Assembly: GCA_051294905.1 (NCBI GenBank)
Contig: CM119380.1
Span: 14,632,001 to 14,696,000, forward strand
Reading direction: 5' to 3'
DNA from: Botryllus schlosseri
Taxonomy: Eukaryota
DNA length: 64,000 nt
Numbering within the stretch: the stretch's first letter is position 1; each line of letters opens with the position of its first letter. The position numbers and the translations under genes are program-made. Positions 47,415 to 57,409 of this stretch are shown here, piece after piece. The notes beneath the pieces are model-generated. The model did no database searches. It was not told the DNA's origin and worked only from the letters and a program-made list of their open reading frames with translations.

Positions 47415-48688
47415 ATCACGGTCACCGTGCGAGCTTGGCTTATTTCCAGTATTTTTTGAAATTCCATAAAGCACAGCAGTGTCGTTTCGCTCTCAACACC
47501 TGCCGCAGGAAAGGTGATTCGAAGACTGATCGTTCCACTTTTCTGCAGCTCGAAGCAGTCATCTAAATCGTCACCTCGCAAATTATATGCTAGAAGCGTG
47601 TATCCATTTGCGAACTCGGAAGGGGAAATCAAGCCTTTTTGTCGTTCGATGGCACCCATAGATTGAATGAGATTTAGGTAGGCCTCGGAATAATGATTGT
47701 TTTCAAAATCAAGTTCGTAGCCACCTTCCGGCATAAGGAAACCATTTACTTTCAATTCAACCCGATTCATTTTATTATGAATAAAATTATATGGGTTCTT
47801 ATCGAGTGCTCCTTGGAATGCCTCAGTTTTCACCATGGCTATAATCAAACGTGTCGGCAGGGTTCCCGAATACAGATTACCAATATCGATTTGAGTGGTG
47901 TTAGCCGCAAAAGTTCGAGTCAGCAGCTTCATGTCCATAAAGGGATACCTAGCCGGTGCGTCTACCATCAAGGCAGATTTTACATCTTCTGTTACCCGCA
48001 CTCCACATAGGTGCAATTCTTTTTTGATGATTTTGAAATTGCTGGTAGCGGCTCCAAACAGAAAGAAACTTTTCGGATTCAATGTCAATTCGAACTCTAA
48101 CGGAACCTCGTCCAAAATATAGCGGTCTTGCAAACACAACCCGTGATGTATTTTACCGCGAATTTCAACGACTTTGCTCCCGGCATACGGCAAACTTCTC
48201 GCCTTATGACCTTTGTTAACCGCATCATTGCCTAGGCCCGAATCATCCAATTGCTTCTCTGTGTCTTTGACCCATCCTTGTGTAAGAAGCGTTGTCTCTT
48301 GCACGTCGTGAGGTGTGAACAGATAGTGTAAGTAGGCCGAATAACATTGTAGCTTCACGTCTTGTTTCAGGGTATGGTTCCCGACTTTGATGTGAAGTTG
48401 AGAAATTAGAGAATCAAGAATGTTATTCACAACTCCAATGCTGTCCGTGGCAGCTAGATCCGCATCGCCTTTCAATAGTTTCAAGCGAAATAAAAAATAG
48501 GATTCGCTTAAATCAATAAAATCGTCACATCCTTCATAGCGGTAAATAATTACGCTTGCGTTGTCCGACACAGGCGGAATCTTAATGATCCGTTTCTTCT
48601 CCACGCTTGTTTGGGTAGGTGGGAGTTGAAAAAGATCCAAGCTAGGATGTACGCCTTCGGCAGATTTCGCGTGAATTAGCTCCGTCAT
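47411..48688 (-). CDS. Major capsid protein (double jelly roll), 425 aa
   Basis: Polinton-type start LDLFQLPPTQTS, P+LIIAMV...F.G....NP+NF.H, C-terminal GT+SL...F; position in the morphogenesis block. Confidence 0.9.
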   Translation of the reverse strand: MTELIHAKSAEGVHPSLDLFQLPPTQTSVEKKRIIKIPPVSDNASVIIYRYEGCDDFIDLSESYFLFRLKLLKGDADLAATDSIGVVNNILDSLISQLHIKVGNHTLKQDVKLQCYSAYLHYLFTPHDVQETTLLTQGWVKDTEKQLDDSGLGNDAVNKGHKARSLPYAGSKVVEIRGKIHHGLCLQDRYILDEVPLEFELTLNPKSFFLFGAATSNFKIIKKELHLCGVRVTEDVKSALMVDAPARYPFMDMKLLTRTFAANTTQIDIGNLYSGTLPTRLIIAMVKTEAFQGALDKNPYNFIHNKMNRVELKVNGFLMPEGGYELDFENNHYSEAYLNLIQSMGAIERQKGLISPSEFANGYTLLAYNLRGDDLDDCFELQKSGTISLRITFPAAGVESETTLLCFMEFQKILEISQARTVTVI

Positions 48689-48738
48689 CTTTCGCGAGTC
48701 TGCTAGCTAATGAAAAAATAAAGTAGGGAGAGTCCTAT

Positions 48739-49107
48739 TTAATCGAAAATGTCCCGACGGCGCTTTTTCCGTTTCGTGGTCTTTTTTCTAGGTGCCTTTC
48801 TCTTGCCTAGGAAGTTGTCAAGAGCTTTGCTAGCTGCTTGTTTACCTCTTATTTTGAAGCTTTCACCGACGTTTTGCCCACGCAATACGTCAGAAGCTAC
48901 TTCTGCTCCTGTATGGAGTAGCTGTTTGCCGAGAGCTTTCGCCCCTTTTGATATCAATGGTACAACACTTCGTCCCAAACTACGAAAGAGATTTCCTAAA
49001 CCGTGTCCTCTTTGCACTCGTCCTCGAAAATAGTTTATGCCATTACCACTTTGCACACGATAGTATTGTTGAAAGGCATCGCGATCACAACAGTAATGTG
49101 CTCTCAT
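48739..49107 (-). CDS. Conserved Polinton virion protein with QxGxG motifs, amphipathic helix and basic tail, about 122 aa
   Basis: QSGNG and QRGHG followed by LGNLFRSLGRSVVPLISKGAKALG; C-terminal RKKTTKRKKRRR. Confidence 0.75.
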   Translation of the reverse strand: MRAHYCCDRDAFQQYYRVQSGNGINYFRGRVQRGHGLGNLFRSLGRSVVPLISKGAKALGKQLLHTGAEVASDVLRGQNVGESFKIRGKQAASKALDNFLGKRKAPRKKTTKRKKRRRDIFD

Positions 49108-49834
49108 GATGACGTAAAGCAAGTGTGATATCAATCATGGACCCCTTCAGATTTATAGCCGTACCTTTATCGTCTTTGATACTAATCTGAATTCGACGAG
49201 CGTCTTCCGTAATCATAGGGAAAAAGTATATTTTTTCGAATATATGATGTTGATATTCATTGACACTACTCGTAATGGGGATGTTTCGTAATAGCGGAGC
49301 TTTCGTGTCCCCGACTGATTGCGGTCGAATGAGATCGGTATAAATTAATAAATTGGTGATAGGCGTAATGGAATCCCTCAGAGTGATCTCTGAAGTTAAA
49401 TAATTCCCTCCTAGCAGCTTTTTCTTCCTAAGCTTTCCATACACGAAAACCGGATTTCTGACTCTGGTTGGATTCTTCAGGAAATTAGGAAACGCACCCG
49501 ATTTGTAAGGTGGAATGACTAACATACCAGTAGAACTTCCTAGCTGGTTAATATATACTTGGTCCTGCGTGCGATTGATTCTATCAATCAAACTTTTGAA
49601 GTCATAATAATTACCCTTGGGGTAATAATAATGATTTTTACTTCCCACTTGAATCAGAGGCGATGTTTTCTCATCCTGAAATTGCCATAACAGAGCGTCG
49701 AAAGCAGGTAAAGTAGGTTGGAACTCGTTGCGAATCGAGAACTCCGCTAGGCCCAGTTCGTATTTTCCTGCAATCGGTCGTGCTAGCTCGAGAACAAAAT
49801 CTGATTCCAAACTGCTAATGTGAATGTATTTCAT
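49085..49834 (-). CDS. Minor capsid (penton-like) protein 2, 249 aa
   Basis: C-terminal LLIYTDLIRPQSVGDTKAPLLRNI...ISIKDDKG motif typical of Polinton pentons. Confidence 0.8.
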   Translation of the reverse strand: MKYIHISSLESDFVLELARPIAGKYELGLAEFSIRNEFQPTLPAFDALLWQFQDEKTSPLIQVGSKNHYYYPKGNYYDFKSLIDRINRTQDQVYINQLGSSTGMLVIPPYKSGAFPNFLKNPTRVRNPVFVYGKLRKKKLLGGNYLTSEITLRDSITPITNLLIYTDLIRPQSVGDTKAPLLRNIPITSSVNEYQHHIFEKIYFFPMITEDARRIQISIKDDKGTAINLKGSMIDITLALRHHESTLLL

Positions 49835-50661
49835 AGTGCGATACCGCGCTTTCGGAATTGAAGTACAGCGCTCGATGGAGCGCTTCGAAACGGAATTTCA
49901 CCCCCTTTGTGATCCAGCAAGGAAATTTTTACCCGTTCCAATCTATTTATACTTAGCGGAAGAAAGAAAGGTTTTACGTAATATTTTGAAAACACCTTCT
50001 TATCTCCTTCGACTTTTACAACTCGTAATAAACGCTGTAGTGAACCGCTAGACTCTTGGGGTTCAATGATGTCGCAATGAACGTATACGAAATCGATTTT
50101 CGACAAGGGTCGTACATCAAAATTGAGATGTATTGTCTTGTCAGTAAAAAAGTATGCGGATAGCTCTGCTCTATTCTTCGGCAATATGAAACGTAGGAGC
50201 GTAAGGGTAACTACCGCCAATTCTAGATGCTCAAGTGTCCCAGTATAATCGTACTCTCTGGTGTCGATTCGATATCGCGTATCCTCTCCCGGTCTTGCAC
50301 TAGCTGCAATGTTTTTGTGTGGAATCGAAACCGTCAGGCTATCACTTTCAGGAAAACACTTGACTTTCACATCGGGATTAATGCTCTCCAACGATTTAAA
50401 CATGTCATATACAGATTCATATTCACCAATTTTGAACTTCAATCTTCTTGTGACTTCACTGGGACCCATAATGTCGAAACCGTAGTAGCTATTTGTGATT
50501 GGGATCCGTTCGTTAAAATCGGTTGGGAAGCCAATCTCAGTCAACGCGACTTCGCTTCTTTCTACATTTCTGGGGGTGTCTAGTTCGTTGGTGTAAACCG
50601 CAGCTGTATTTTGTGGAAACCTGTCCATGGAGGCATTGGAAAATAACGTAATATAACTCAT
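49831..50661 (-). CDS. Minor capsid (penton) protein 1, 276 aa
   Basis: YITLFSNASMDRFPQNT...EVALTEIGFP start and VYVHCDIIEP...LLRVV...ISLLDHKG end. Confidence 0.85.
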   Translation of the reverse strand: MSYITLFSNASMDRFPQNTAAVYTNELDTPRNVERSEVALTEIGFPTDFNERIPITNSYYGFDIMGPSEVTRRLKFKIGEYESVYDMFKSLESINPDVKVKCFPESDSLTVSIPHKNIAASARPGEDTRYRIDTREYDYTGTLEHLELAVVTLTLLRFILPKNRAELSAYFFTDKTIHLNFDVRPLSKIDFVYVHCDIIEPQESSGSLQRLLRVVKVEGDKKVFSKYYVKPFFLPLSINRLERVKISLLDHKGGEIPFRSAPSSAVLQFRKRGIAL

Positions 50662-50870
50662 AGTTTGGGTATCTTTGGAGCCGGTAACATATATCCCACA
50701 CACGATGATAACAGCGACACCCAAAGCTCTTTGTTGTCTTGCACGACACTCAAATTATACAGCGAAAAACTCACGATGAGCAGTATAATTATAACTTGAG
50801 CAATGAATTGATAAAAGTTACGGTTCGACGATATCTTTTTGATCGACCCAGGTATTGAATTCCGGTCCAT
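50658..50870 (-). CDS. Small two-helix membrane protein, 70 aa
   Basis: FIAQVIIILLIVSFSLYNL and ELWVSLLSSCVGYMLPAP; stop overlaps the penton start (ATGA). Confidence 0.7.
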   Translation of the reverse strand: MDRNSIPGSIKKISSNRNFYQFIAQVIIILLIVSFSLYNLSVVQDNKELWVSLLSSCVGYMLPAPKIPKL

Positions 50871-51822
50871 AATTCAACCACTTCACTAAAAACTGACTGC
50901 GTTTACCACGCCGTCGTCTCTTTATAATCTTTTCGACTTGCCATTTTTGCGGTTCAGTAACGGGTTGAATTTCTTGTCTGTAAAATTGTCCGTCAATTAT
51001 TTCGTTATTGTAATCACGTAAGCGATACGTTGGCGGATCTCCTTTCATGGCTTTGACAATGTAAAATATCTCGGGTTGCCAGTTGGGTCGACTAGACTTC
51101 TCAAACAGATTGCGAATTTTCGAGATGCGTACAGGGGTCCCGACCGCTAAAGTGGGTAGTTTGGAGTCGCGAAATCCATACATTTTTTGCCAAATGCTTT
51201 CTTGATTATGTCTATTAACTTCACTAGGAGGGATCCCTAACGAGCGGTGTCTGGTGTGATTGTACGAATAGACCATATCATCTAGCACATCGATATAATT
51301 GCTGGTGTTATTTTTCGTGAAATAGCGGTAGAAGATTTGACGGAAACTACGGATAGCCCTTTCCGCAATCGAAGATTTCAATTCGCTTTTCGTGTAAAAG
51401 TACCGCACCTTGTTTTTTCTGAGAAAATTCTGAAAAGCTCGACTCGAGTATTCTGTACCTCTGTCTGTCTGTAGCACTAATGGAAGGCTCTCTTTGAAAA
51501 CTTTTTTGAAAGCAGATATCATGTTGTCACTCGATTTATTTTTAATCGGAATCATCCACACATACTTGGAGAAAACATCAATAATAAGAACGATATATCT
51601 AAATCCACGATTGTATTTTGAAATAGACTGTACGTCGATTAAATCGCTTTGAAACTGCGCTCCGATCCCTGACACAACAACTTGACGACGTTTAAATCTT
51701 TTTCGAATGGGAAAGTGATAGGTATAACTATCTTGTCCCTTCAACCACTCGCTGTCTTTCTGTAGGTAAGCACCCCTATAAGAATTGGGTTTTTTGGGAT
51801 CGAAGTAGTCTAGTTTGTCCAT
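50818..51822 (-). CDS. Retroviral-like (rve) integrase with C-terminal chromodomain, 334 aa
   Basis: QSDLIDV, LQTDRGTEY, SIAERAIR (DDE); WQVEKIIKRR...FLVKWLNYGPEFNTWV (chromo). Confidence 0.96.
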   Translation of the reverse strand: MDKLDYFDPKKPNSYRGAYLQKDSEWLKGQDSYTYHFPIRKRFKRRQVVVSGIGAQFQSDLIDVQSISKYNRGFRYIVLIIDVFSKYVWMIPIKNKSSDNMISAFKKVFKESLPLVLQTDRGTEYSSRAFQNFLRKNKVRYFYTKSELKSSIAERAIRSFRQIFYRYFTKNNTSNYIDVLDDMVYSYNHTRHRSLGIPPSEVNRHNQESIWQKMYGFRDSKLPTLAVGTPVRISKIRNLFEKSSRPNWQPEIFYIVKAMKGDPPTYRLRDYNNEIIDGQFYRQEIQPVTEPQKWQVEKIIKRRRRGKRSQFLVKWLNYGPEFNTWVDQKDIVEP

Positions 51823-52274
51823 AGCTTCCCAAAGTAGCGTTGATTGGGCTTTTGTTGACGTGGAGTATCGAGTTCTTTCCAGTTAAGCGGAGGTTTGAGG
51901 TCGACCTTTTTCTTTGCTTTTTTCTTGGGTTTTTTCTTCTTTGGAGTATCTCCCTCCTGTTTAGTAACGCTCCAATTAAACGCGTGCGGGGGCCCCGGCG
52001 TCGCGTTTGTGTCATCAGATGGTGGCGCGCGCGCTGCGTCTGCTTTAATGACGGGCGGCGACGCGTTTTTATCGTCAAGTGACGAAGCGTTTGCGAGCGC
52101 TTTTATCGTCGCGTCATTCTTTCTTAGGTTTCTCAAGACATTGATACCGTGTTTGTAAAGCGCTAGTTTTTGCACGCGAGTCAAATCCGAGTCTCTGATT
52201 TTGGCAATATGTTTGTCAAATTTCCTTTCGTATCCATCTTTTGTTAGTAGCGGTGGAAAATAGAGCTCACGCAT
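51810..52274 (-). CDS. Basic hypothetical Polinton protein, 154 aa
   Basis: Packed between core genes; Lys-rich tail ending PPLNWKEL. Confidence 0.65.
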   Translation of the reverse strand: MRELYFPPLLTKDGYERKFDKHIAKIRDSDLTRVQKLALYKHGINVLRNLRKNDATIKALANASSLDDKNASPPVIKADAARAPPSDDTNATPGPPHAFNWSVTKQEGDTPKKKKPKKKAKKKVDLKPPLNWKELDTPRQQKPNQRYFGKLWTN

Positions 52275-52680
52275 TTCTCGTCAGTCCGCCCAAGAGGCTT
52301 CCCAGTATCGGAATAGCGGCACTCAAAATGGCTAGGAACGGAATAACGTTAGATACAGTATTGAATCAAAGTTACACGTATTTACCCGAAAGAAAGCCAC
52401 CTCTTTGCAAAACTTTGCGCCTGCCTTTTTGAGTTTTGCAACACAGGACCTTCCGTATACTGGCTTTGTGTTTTTTCAATTTAGATTTTCTTGCGTTAGA
52501 AATAGGTACATCGCCCGCCACCAGGTTTCGAAGACACTCGCACACACTAGCGACAAATTCCTTATGCTTCAATAACTGAATACGTTCGGGGTTTTTAGCC
52601 CTCCGTAAAGTTTTCAATTTGGTAAGATGATCTTTTAAACGTTTTTTCAAAATGAGTCTTCGCGCGTCCTTAGCCATCAC
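52267..52680 (-). CDS. Conserved Polinton virion protein, spliced (exons 52680-52386, 52331-52267), 119 aa
   Basis: SVCECLRNLVAGDVP...LQRGGFL; GTAAAT donor, CTAAC branch and TTCCTAG acceptor give ...GGFLSAILSAAIPILGSLLGGLTRNA. Confidence 0.8.
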
Positions 52681-52712
52681 GAATGATGATTATCGTTCGA
52701 GCAGCGCGCTAT

Positions 52713-53333
52713 TTATTCCAAATACACAGTCATGCGTTCGTCCGGAAATATGTTGGTACGAAGTCGATACTTTTCCGGTGTCTCTTGGGTTAAATCAATG
52801 GCAATATATGAATAAGGTTCGCGAGTTGCTCTTTTGTATGCTTCTGTAAGCATAGTAGGATTGTCCGGGAACATTTGCCGTGAAAGGTAACGTATTTGTG
52901 AAACGTCACGTGGATTTTTAAACACCACAATATAGCTAGCGCTGAGAGTGACGTCACGAAAACCACCGCCTCGGTGAAATATGTTCTGGACTAATAGGAT
53001 TACTGAGACATTATTATGATGGGAATGACGTATGAATAGGTCCCTCGCTTGTTGTGCTTCCGTCATCATGTCGTCTAGTATTATCAGAGTGTGTCCATTA
53101 CCACCCTGCTGTAAATGTTCTAACTCGCCTAGACCTTGGTGGAATTTCACACCCTTCATTTTATCGTATAACGGCTGATAATTATTGTACAGCCAAATAA
53201 TCTTCCTTGGATAAGGCGCGATGATCTTCTTGGCATTTTGCACAAGGCGATAGGCAAAACATGTCTTACCGCAGCTCGAAGGTCCAGCTATGATCATCCT
53301 GAACGGAGAATTTAAGACACGTGCACGCTCCAT
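52713..53333 (-). CDS. A32/FtsK-like genome packaging ATPase, 206 aa
   Basis: Walker A GPSSCGKT, Walker B IILDDM, HSHHNNVSVILLVQN, FKNPRD. Confidence 0.95.
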   Translation of the reverse strand: MERARVLNSPFRMIIAGPSSCGKTCFAYRLVQNAKKIIAPYPRKIIWLYNNYQPLYDKMKGVKFHQGLGELEHLQQGGNGHTLIILDDMMTEAQQARDLFIRHSHHNNVSVILLVQNIFHRGGGFRDVTLSASYIVVFKNPRDVSQIRYLSRQMFPDNPTMLTEAYKRATREPYSYIAIDLTQETPEKYRLRTNIFPDERMTVYLE

Positions 53334-53360
53334 TTTTATTACAAAACAGACAACATTTTA

Positions 53361-56300
53361 TTACAAAGCAAGCGGTACAGTATGAATCCCATCACTCAAT
53401 ACAATTCTTTTATAGTAACCGTATGATAGAGCGGAACGATATTGATGATATGTATATATATCTCCCTGAAAGCAACGGAATCCGGAGTTATACCCTCCTG
53501 ATATAGAACGGTTTTGCAATACACCTTTGAAATCTTTGAAAGTTTTGCGGGCCGTTTTACTCAAACCTTTCGATGAATATTTATCTGTATCACCCGAGCA
53601 ATAGTAGGTTTTTGAATTGAGGCCAACAAACCCCCGTCCACTCCATTCTACTTTAAACAAACCCGGTGTTCGCTTAGAGTAATTATGAGCAGCGACACAG
53701 CACGGTTCATCGATTTTGAATGCGACCGGGTCCCTCTCGAAGTCTGTTTTATGCTTAACGCACGCCTGCTGAACCAACCACTGATCATGAACTTCAAAGA
53801 ACTCTTTACGCTTTGAAGGTATGATCAATGAGTAGATAGAATCAGCTGATATCGCTAAATAACAGCTGTCGGTGTCAAGTTCAAGATGAAATTGATCACA
53901 ATCGTTTATGTAGACGTGGAGGAAGTCATACATGAACGACAACATCCGTTGCTTACTGTGATTAAATATGAAGAAGCCTACGATGACGGGTTGATCAAGT
54001 TGAGTCGTATCGGGCCGTGAGGTTACTTCAATTAAGTCCGAATCAATTTCATCAGCGTCGATAAAATTCGGTTTTTTGATGAGCGCTTGAACTTCTTCGC
54101 AAGTCACATATTTGTGATTTTTATATTTGGCTGGATTTTGTATAGTGGTTCCGAAAGCACTATTTCCAAGATTCTTGAAGGTTAATGCCTGCATTTCAAG
54201 TGCATGGTCTCTAGGAATAACGTCACCTTTACGCCGTAGCGTAGTTACGCGATCTACGAAGTTGCGAAATAGTCTTTTAGGTTCATATTCCAAACATTGA
54301 TAAACACGTGTGACCACCATTCCGTGACGCAAGTACCAACTCAACAAGTCGGTAGTAACCAATTGCTTTTCGATGAAATAACTGGACGCGAGCGCTTTTT
54401 TTGGAAACTTGACTTTGTTTTCCCTTGCGTATTGAGCCATATGCGGACCGATATCACATTCATTAATTTCGATGTGCTTAAAGAAAGGCGGTAACTCTTC
54501 AAACTTAGATTTCAAATGATCTGGGCAGTGCGCGTCGCATTCTATCGCACCGAAAAAGCGATTGTTAACGACTCGATCGAGTATTTGTTCTTGCGATAGT
54601 AAATATTCTTTTGTCACATTCCTTTGTAAATGTGCAACGAGGCGCGCAATGTCTGGATCGCGCTTCATTGCTTTCCATTCACATTCGCGCACTCGAATGA
54701 CCTGATATCCTAGGCGTTCAAAATAGGCGGTGGTTTCTTCGGTTTTAATGCGTCGATTATGATTAATATTTTGATTATTAGATATACAAGGACACGAGTG
54801 CCACCAACATCCGTCCATGTTGAATATTAACTTCCGCTCCGCTGAGTATCCATCTACGCTAATTCTACGGGCTCCCAGTTTCACTTGCGGACCGTTCCAA
54901 GCGTGACGAATCGGAATACCGCGAACAATGCTTTGATAAGTTAACCACTCGAGTTCGATCATGGACGGATAAGTCTGTTTTCTATGAAATTTCTGTTTCA
55001 CTTCATCATACAGCCAACGGGTGACATATCCAGTTGGCATATTGAGATCAATGGCGTGCAAATATAATGCGTTGCTGTCATACCCTACTATAGATTTCAC
55101 GTCTTTGGCTGCGTCTCCATACTTCAAAATGCGAATTTTGGTCTCGTCTGCCATTGCATACCGGTTTGTAATTTGTGCCAATCCACCGATTAAGTTATTA
55201 GTTACAGTGTGATGGAGATCGGCATTGGCTTTATTGAATAAAGCGATTTCCCACCTTTCATCGAACATAAGTCGATTAGCTATACTCGGTAAGCTGACGT
55301 GATTTTTGAACATGTCAATCCCCAGTTTTTTATAAAAGTCGAAGTGGTTATTTACCGCGACGAGAAAGCCGACCACATCACATTCATTGTAGTATTTTAA
55401 AAAATCCCTCATTGTTTTCATATCGAGACGCTTCCAAGTATCGACGCATTCTTGGTATTGTTCAGCTGTAATATTATGCCCGCGAAGACTACTATAAAAG
55501 CTATCGTGTGGCGGTAGCGATGTTTCTTTCAATTTATCAATATGCGTCATATATTCGTATGGAAAGAAAAATTTATTGTTTACTCCATCACCGTACACTT
55601 TCAAATACGCATCCAGGCTATATCCCGGAGCGAGGAATAGAGATATATCTAGAAATTTCAATTTATTTGTGGAGATAGTGAGGTAACTGCTGTTTCGCTT
55701 CAATACAAAAAAGCCGCTCTCCTCTCGCAAAAGAGCAATCAAATATTTTTTACACAGATTTAAATCGTAGCGAGCCGAGTTGAATCCGATTACGGGTATT
55801 TGATCTAACCACGTTTCAAAGCGATGATACAACAACTCCAGGTACGATCGCGTTTTAATCGGATCAATCACTTTACGTTCTTCAATCAAGTCGCGAAGAG
55901 CGGTCAACTCGGTGTCATATATAGCACGCATTTGCGAAGACGCAATTTCTTGAATTTCATGAAGCTTATCGACCATTTCTTTAATTAGATCACGCGGGTT
56001 GCCATTGGAAATAAATGTAGTTGTTTCGTTCGTGACATTATCACACAGTGAGACCGAGAGCGGGACATGTTTACTGGTAAATTTTACTTTGGCTGTATCG
56101 GGCTTGAGATTTTCTTTTACTAAGAGACTCTCAAAGTCAAAGCAAATTCTGAATTTGTAAAAACGTTTTTCTTTACTAACAAATATACCTTCATTTTCCA
56201 AATCTTCAAACACCGTCGCTTTAGGACGATAAACACCAGAACCGTAGCGATACCTTTTCTCAGAATTACAATGATTTTTAATATGTCGTTTTAAACTACT

Positions 56301-57227
56301 TTTCAAGGTAAAGAATGTTTTACACGAATCACACATAAAAGTAGACGTATAATTCTCTATATTCAAAATTAAAGAACAGTGATTTTCGAGCATGTGAATA
56401 TGAATTGTGAGTCCAGACGCATTGGAAGTACGACGCAAGACCGTGGTTTGTTCACGTTTCTCGTAAAGCAATATTCTAACGTTAAAACACGCTTCCACTT
56501 TCGATAGTTGGTCGAGGGATATACCATTGGCAACTGAAATTCCGTAACGATTTTCAAATTGCGTAGTCAATTGAGAAACATGACTTTCGTCACGTTTTTT
56601 AATTAATCTAAATGAGACGCATCGAAACAGACAAAGATTATCTGTATATGGTACACCTTCACGATTACGAATAAAAGCACTGATATATCTACATTTGGAT
56701 AATCTTTCCATTTCTTCTGAGACAACGCCCCCGCTAAGTAAAGGTCTTTCCATTTCATACAGGAATAAAGTAATGTGTAGCACCTCCGAACAAACAAATT
56801 TTGTATCCGGTCTGACTCGATTCGCATAATCGTAACCGGCCGATAAATCAATTGCATTTCTAAACGAATCAAAATCTTCACGCGATATGATAGTTCTTGG
56901 GACATCGAGGACAGCTTGCGATGATTGGGGGTGAAAATACGTATATCGCTCAGACTCGCGATTATATAGTAGATACCCAAAGCCATAATTTATTTTAAAT
57001 TGTCTAAATCGTTGCGGGTATATACTTGCGATACGCGCGTGAATGTCTGCGGGGTCTCGTTCAATCATCCGAATATTGACTATATGTCGCACGCGATTTC
57101 TCGAAGTCCACGTTGAGTCAATGATCGAATCGTAGTGCTCTTCAATTACTTCGACGGCGGCATCTTCAAAGCCCAAGGATTCATCGACGATCCAATCTCG
57201 ATCCAAATATCGCCTGCGTAGAGTCAT
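53361..57227 (-). CDS. Protein-primed family B DNA polymerase (pPolB), 1288 aa
   Basis: Exo I FDFES, Exo II GFNSARYD, Exo III YNECDV, Pol YDSNALY, KNLGNSAFG, LDTDS; C2H2 finger and VSR-like insert. Confidence 0.97.
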   Translation of the reverse strand: MTLRRRYLDRDWIVDESLGFEDAAVEVIEEHYDSIIDSTWTSRNRVRHIVNIRMIERDPADIHARIASIYPQRFRQFKINYGFGYLLYNRESERYTYFHPQSSQAVLDVPRTIISREDFDSFRNAIDLSAGYDYANRVRPDTKFVCSEVLHITLFLYEMERPLLSGGVVSEEMERLSKCRYISAFIRNREGVPYTDNLCLFRCVSFRLIKKRDESHVSQLTTQFENRYGISVANGISLDQLSKVEACFNVRILLYEKREQTTVLRRTSNASGLTIHIHMLENHCSLILNIENYTSTFMCDSCKTFFTLKSSLKRHIKNHCNSEKRYRYGSGVYRPKATVFEDLENEGIFVSKEKRFYKFRICFDFESLLVKENLKPDTAKVKFTSKHVPLSVSLCDNVTNETTTFISNGNPRDLIKEMVDKLHEIQEIASSQMRAIYDTELTALRDLIEERKVIDPIKTRSYLELLYHRFETWLDQIPVIGFNSARYDLNLCKKYLIALLREESGFFVLKRNSSYLTISTNKLKFLDISLFLAPGYSLDAYLKVYGDGVNNKFFFPYEYMTHIDKLKETSLPPHDSFYSSLRGHNITAEQYQECVDTWKRLDMKTMRDFLKYYNECDVVGFLVAVNNHFDFYKKLGIDMFKNHVSLPSIANRLMFDERWEIALFNKANADLHHTVTNNLIGGLAQITNRYAMADETKIRILKYGDAAKDVKSIVGYDSNALYLHAIDLNMPTGYVTRWLYDEVKQKFHRKQTYPSMIELEWLTYQSIVRGIPIRHAWNGPQVKLGARRISVDGYSAERKLIFNMDGCWWHSCPCISNNQNINHNRRIKTEETTAYFERLGYQVIRVRECEWKAMKRDPDIARLVAHLQRNVTKEYLLSQEQILDRVVNNRFFGAIECDAHCPDHLKSKFEELPPFFKHIEINECDIGPHMAQYARENKVKFPKKALASSYFIEKQLVTTDLLSWYLRHGMVVTRVYQCLEYEPKRLFRNFVDRVTTLRRKGDVIPRDHALEMQALTFKNLGNSAFGTTIQNPAKYKNHKYVTCEEVQALIKKPNFIDADEIDSDLIEVTSRPDTTQLDQPVIVGFFIFNHSKQRMLSFMYDFLHVYINDCDQFHLELDTDSCYLAISADSIYSLIIPSKRKEFFEVHDQWLVQQACVKHKTDFERDPVAFKIDEPCCVAAHNYSKRTPGLFKVEWSGRGFVGLNSKTYYCSGDTDKYSSKGLSKTARKTFKDFKGVLQNRSISGGYNSGFRCFQGDIYTYHQYRSALSYGYYKRIVLSDGIHTVPLAL

Positions 57228-57409
57228 TTATGCTATCTGTAAAAACATAGAACATTAGAAATTGAGAAGCTTATTTCAATCACAGTTTTGCTTACCGTTT
57301 GCGCTTGTATGATACGGTATCCAGTCGTAAAGTCGTGTGTCAACAAAGTATTGAAAAAATATTACCTATATTTACTCTATATCTGTAAAACAAAGCACAA
57401 TTTCACTTA

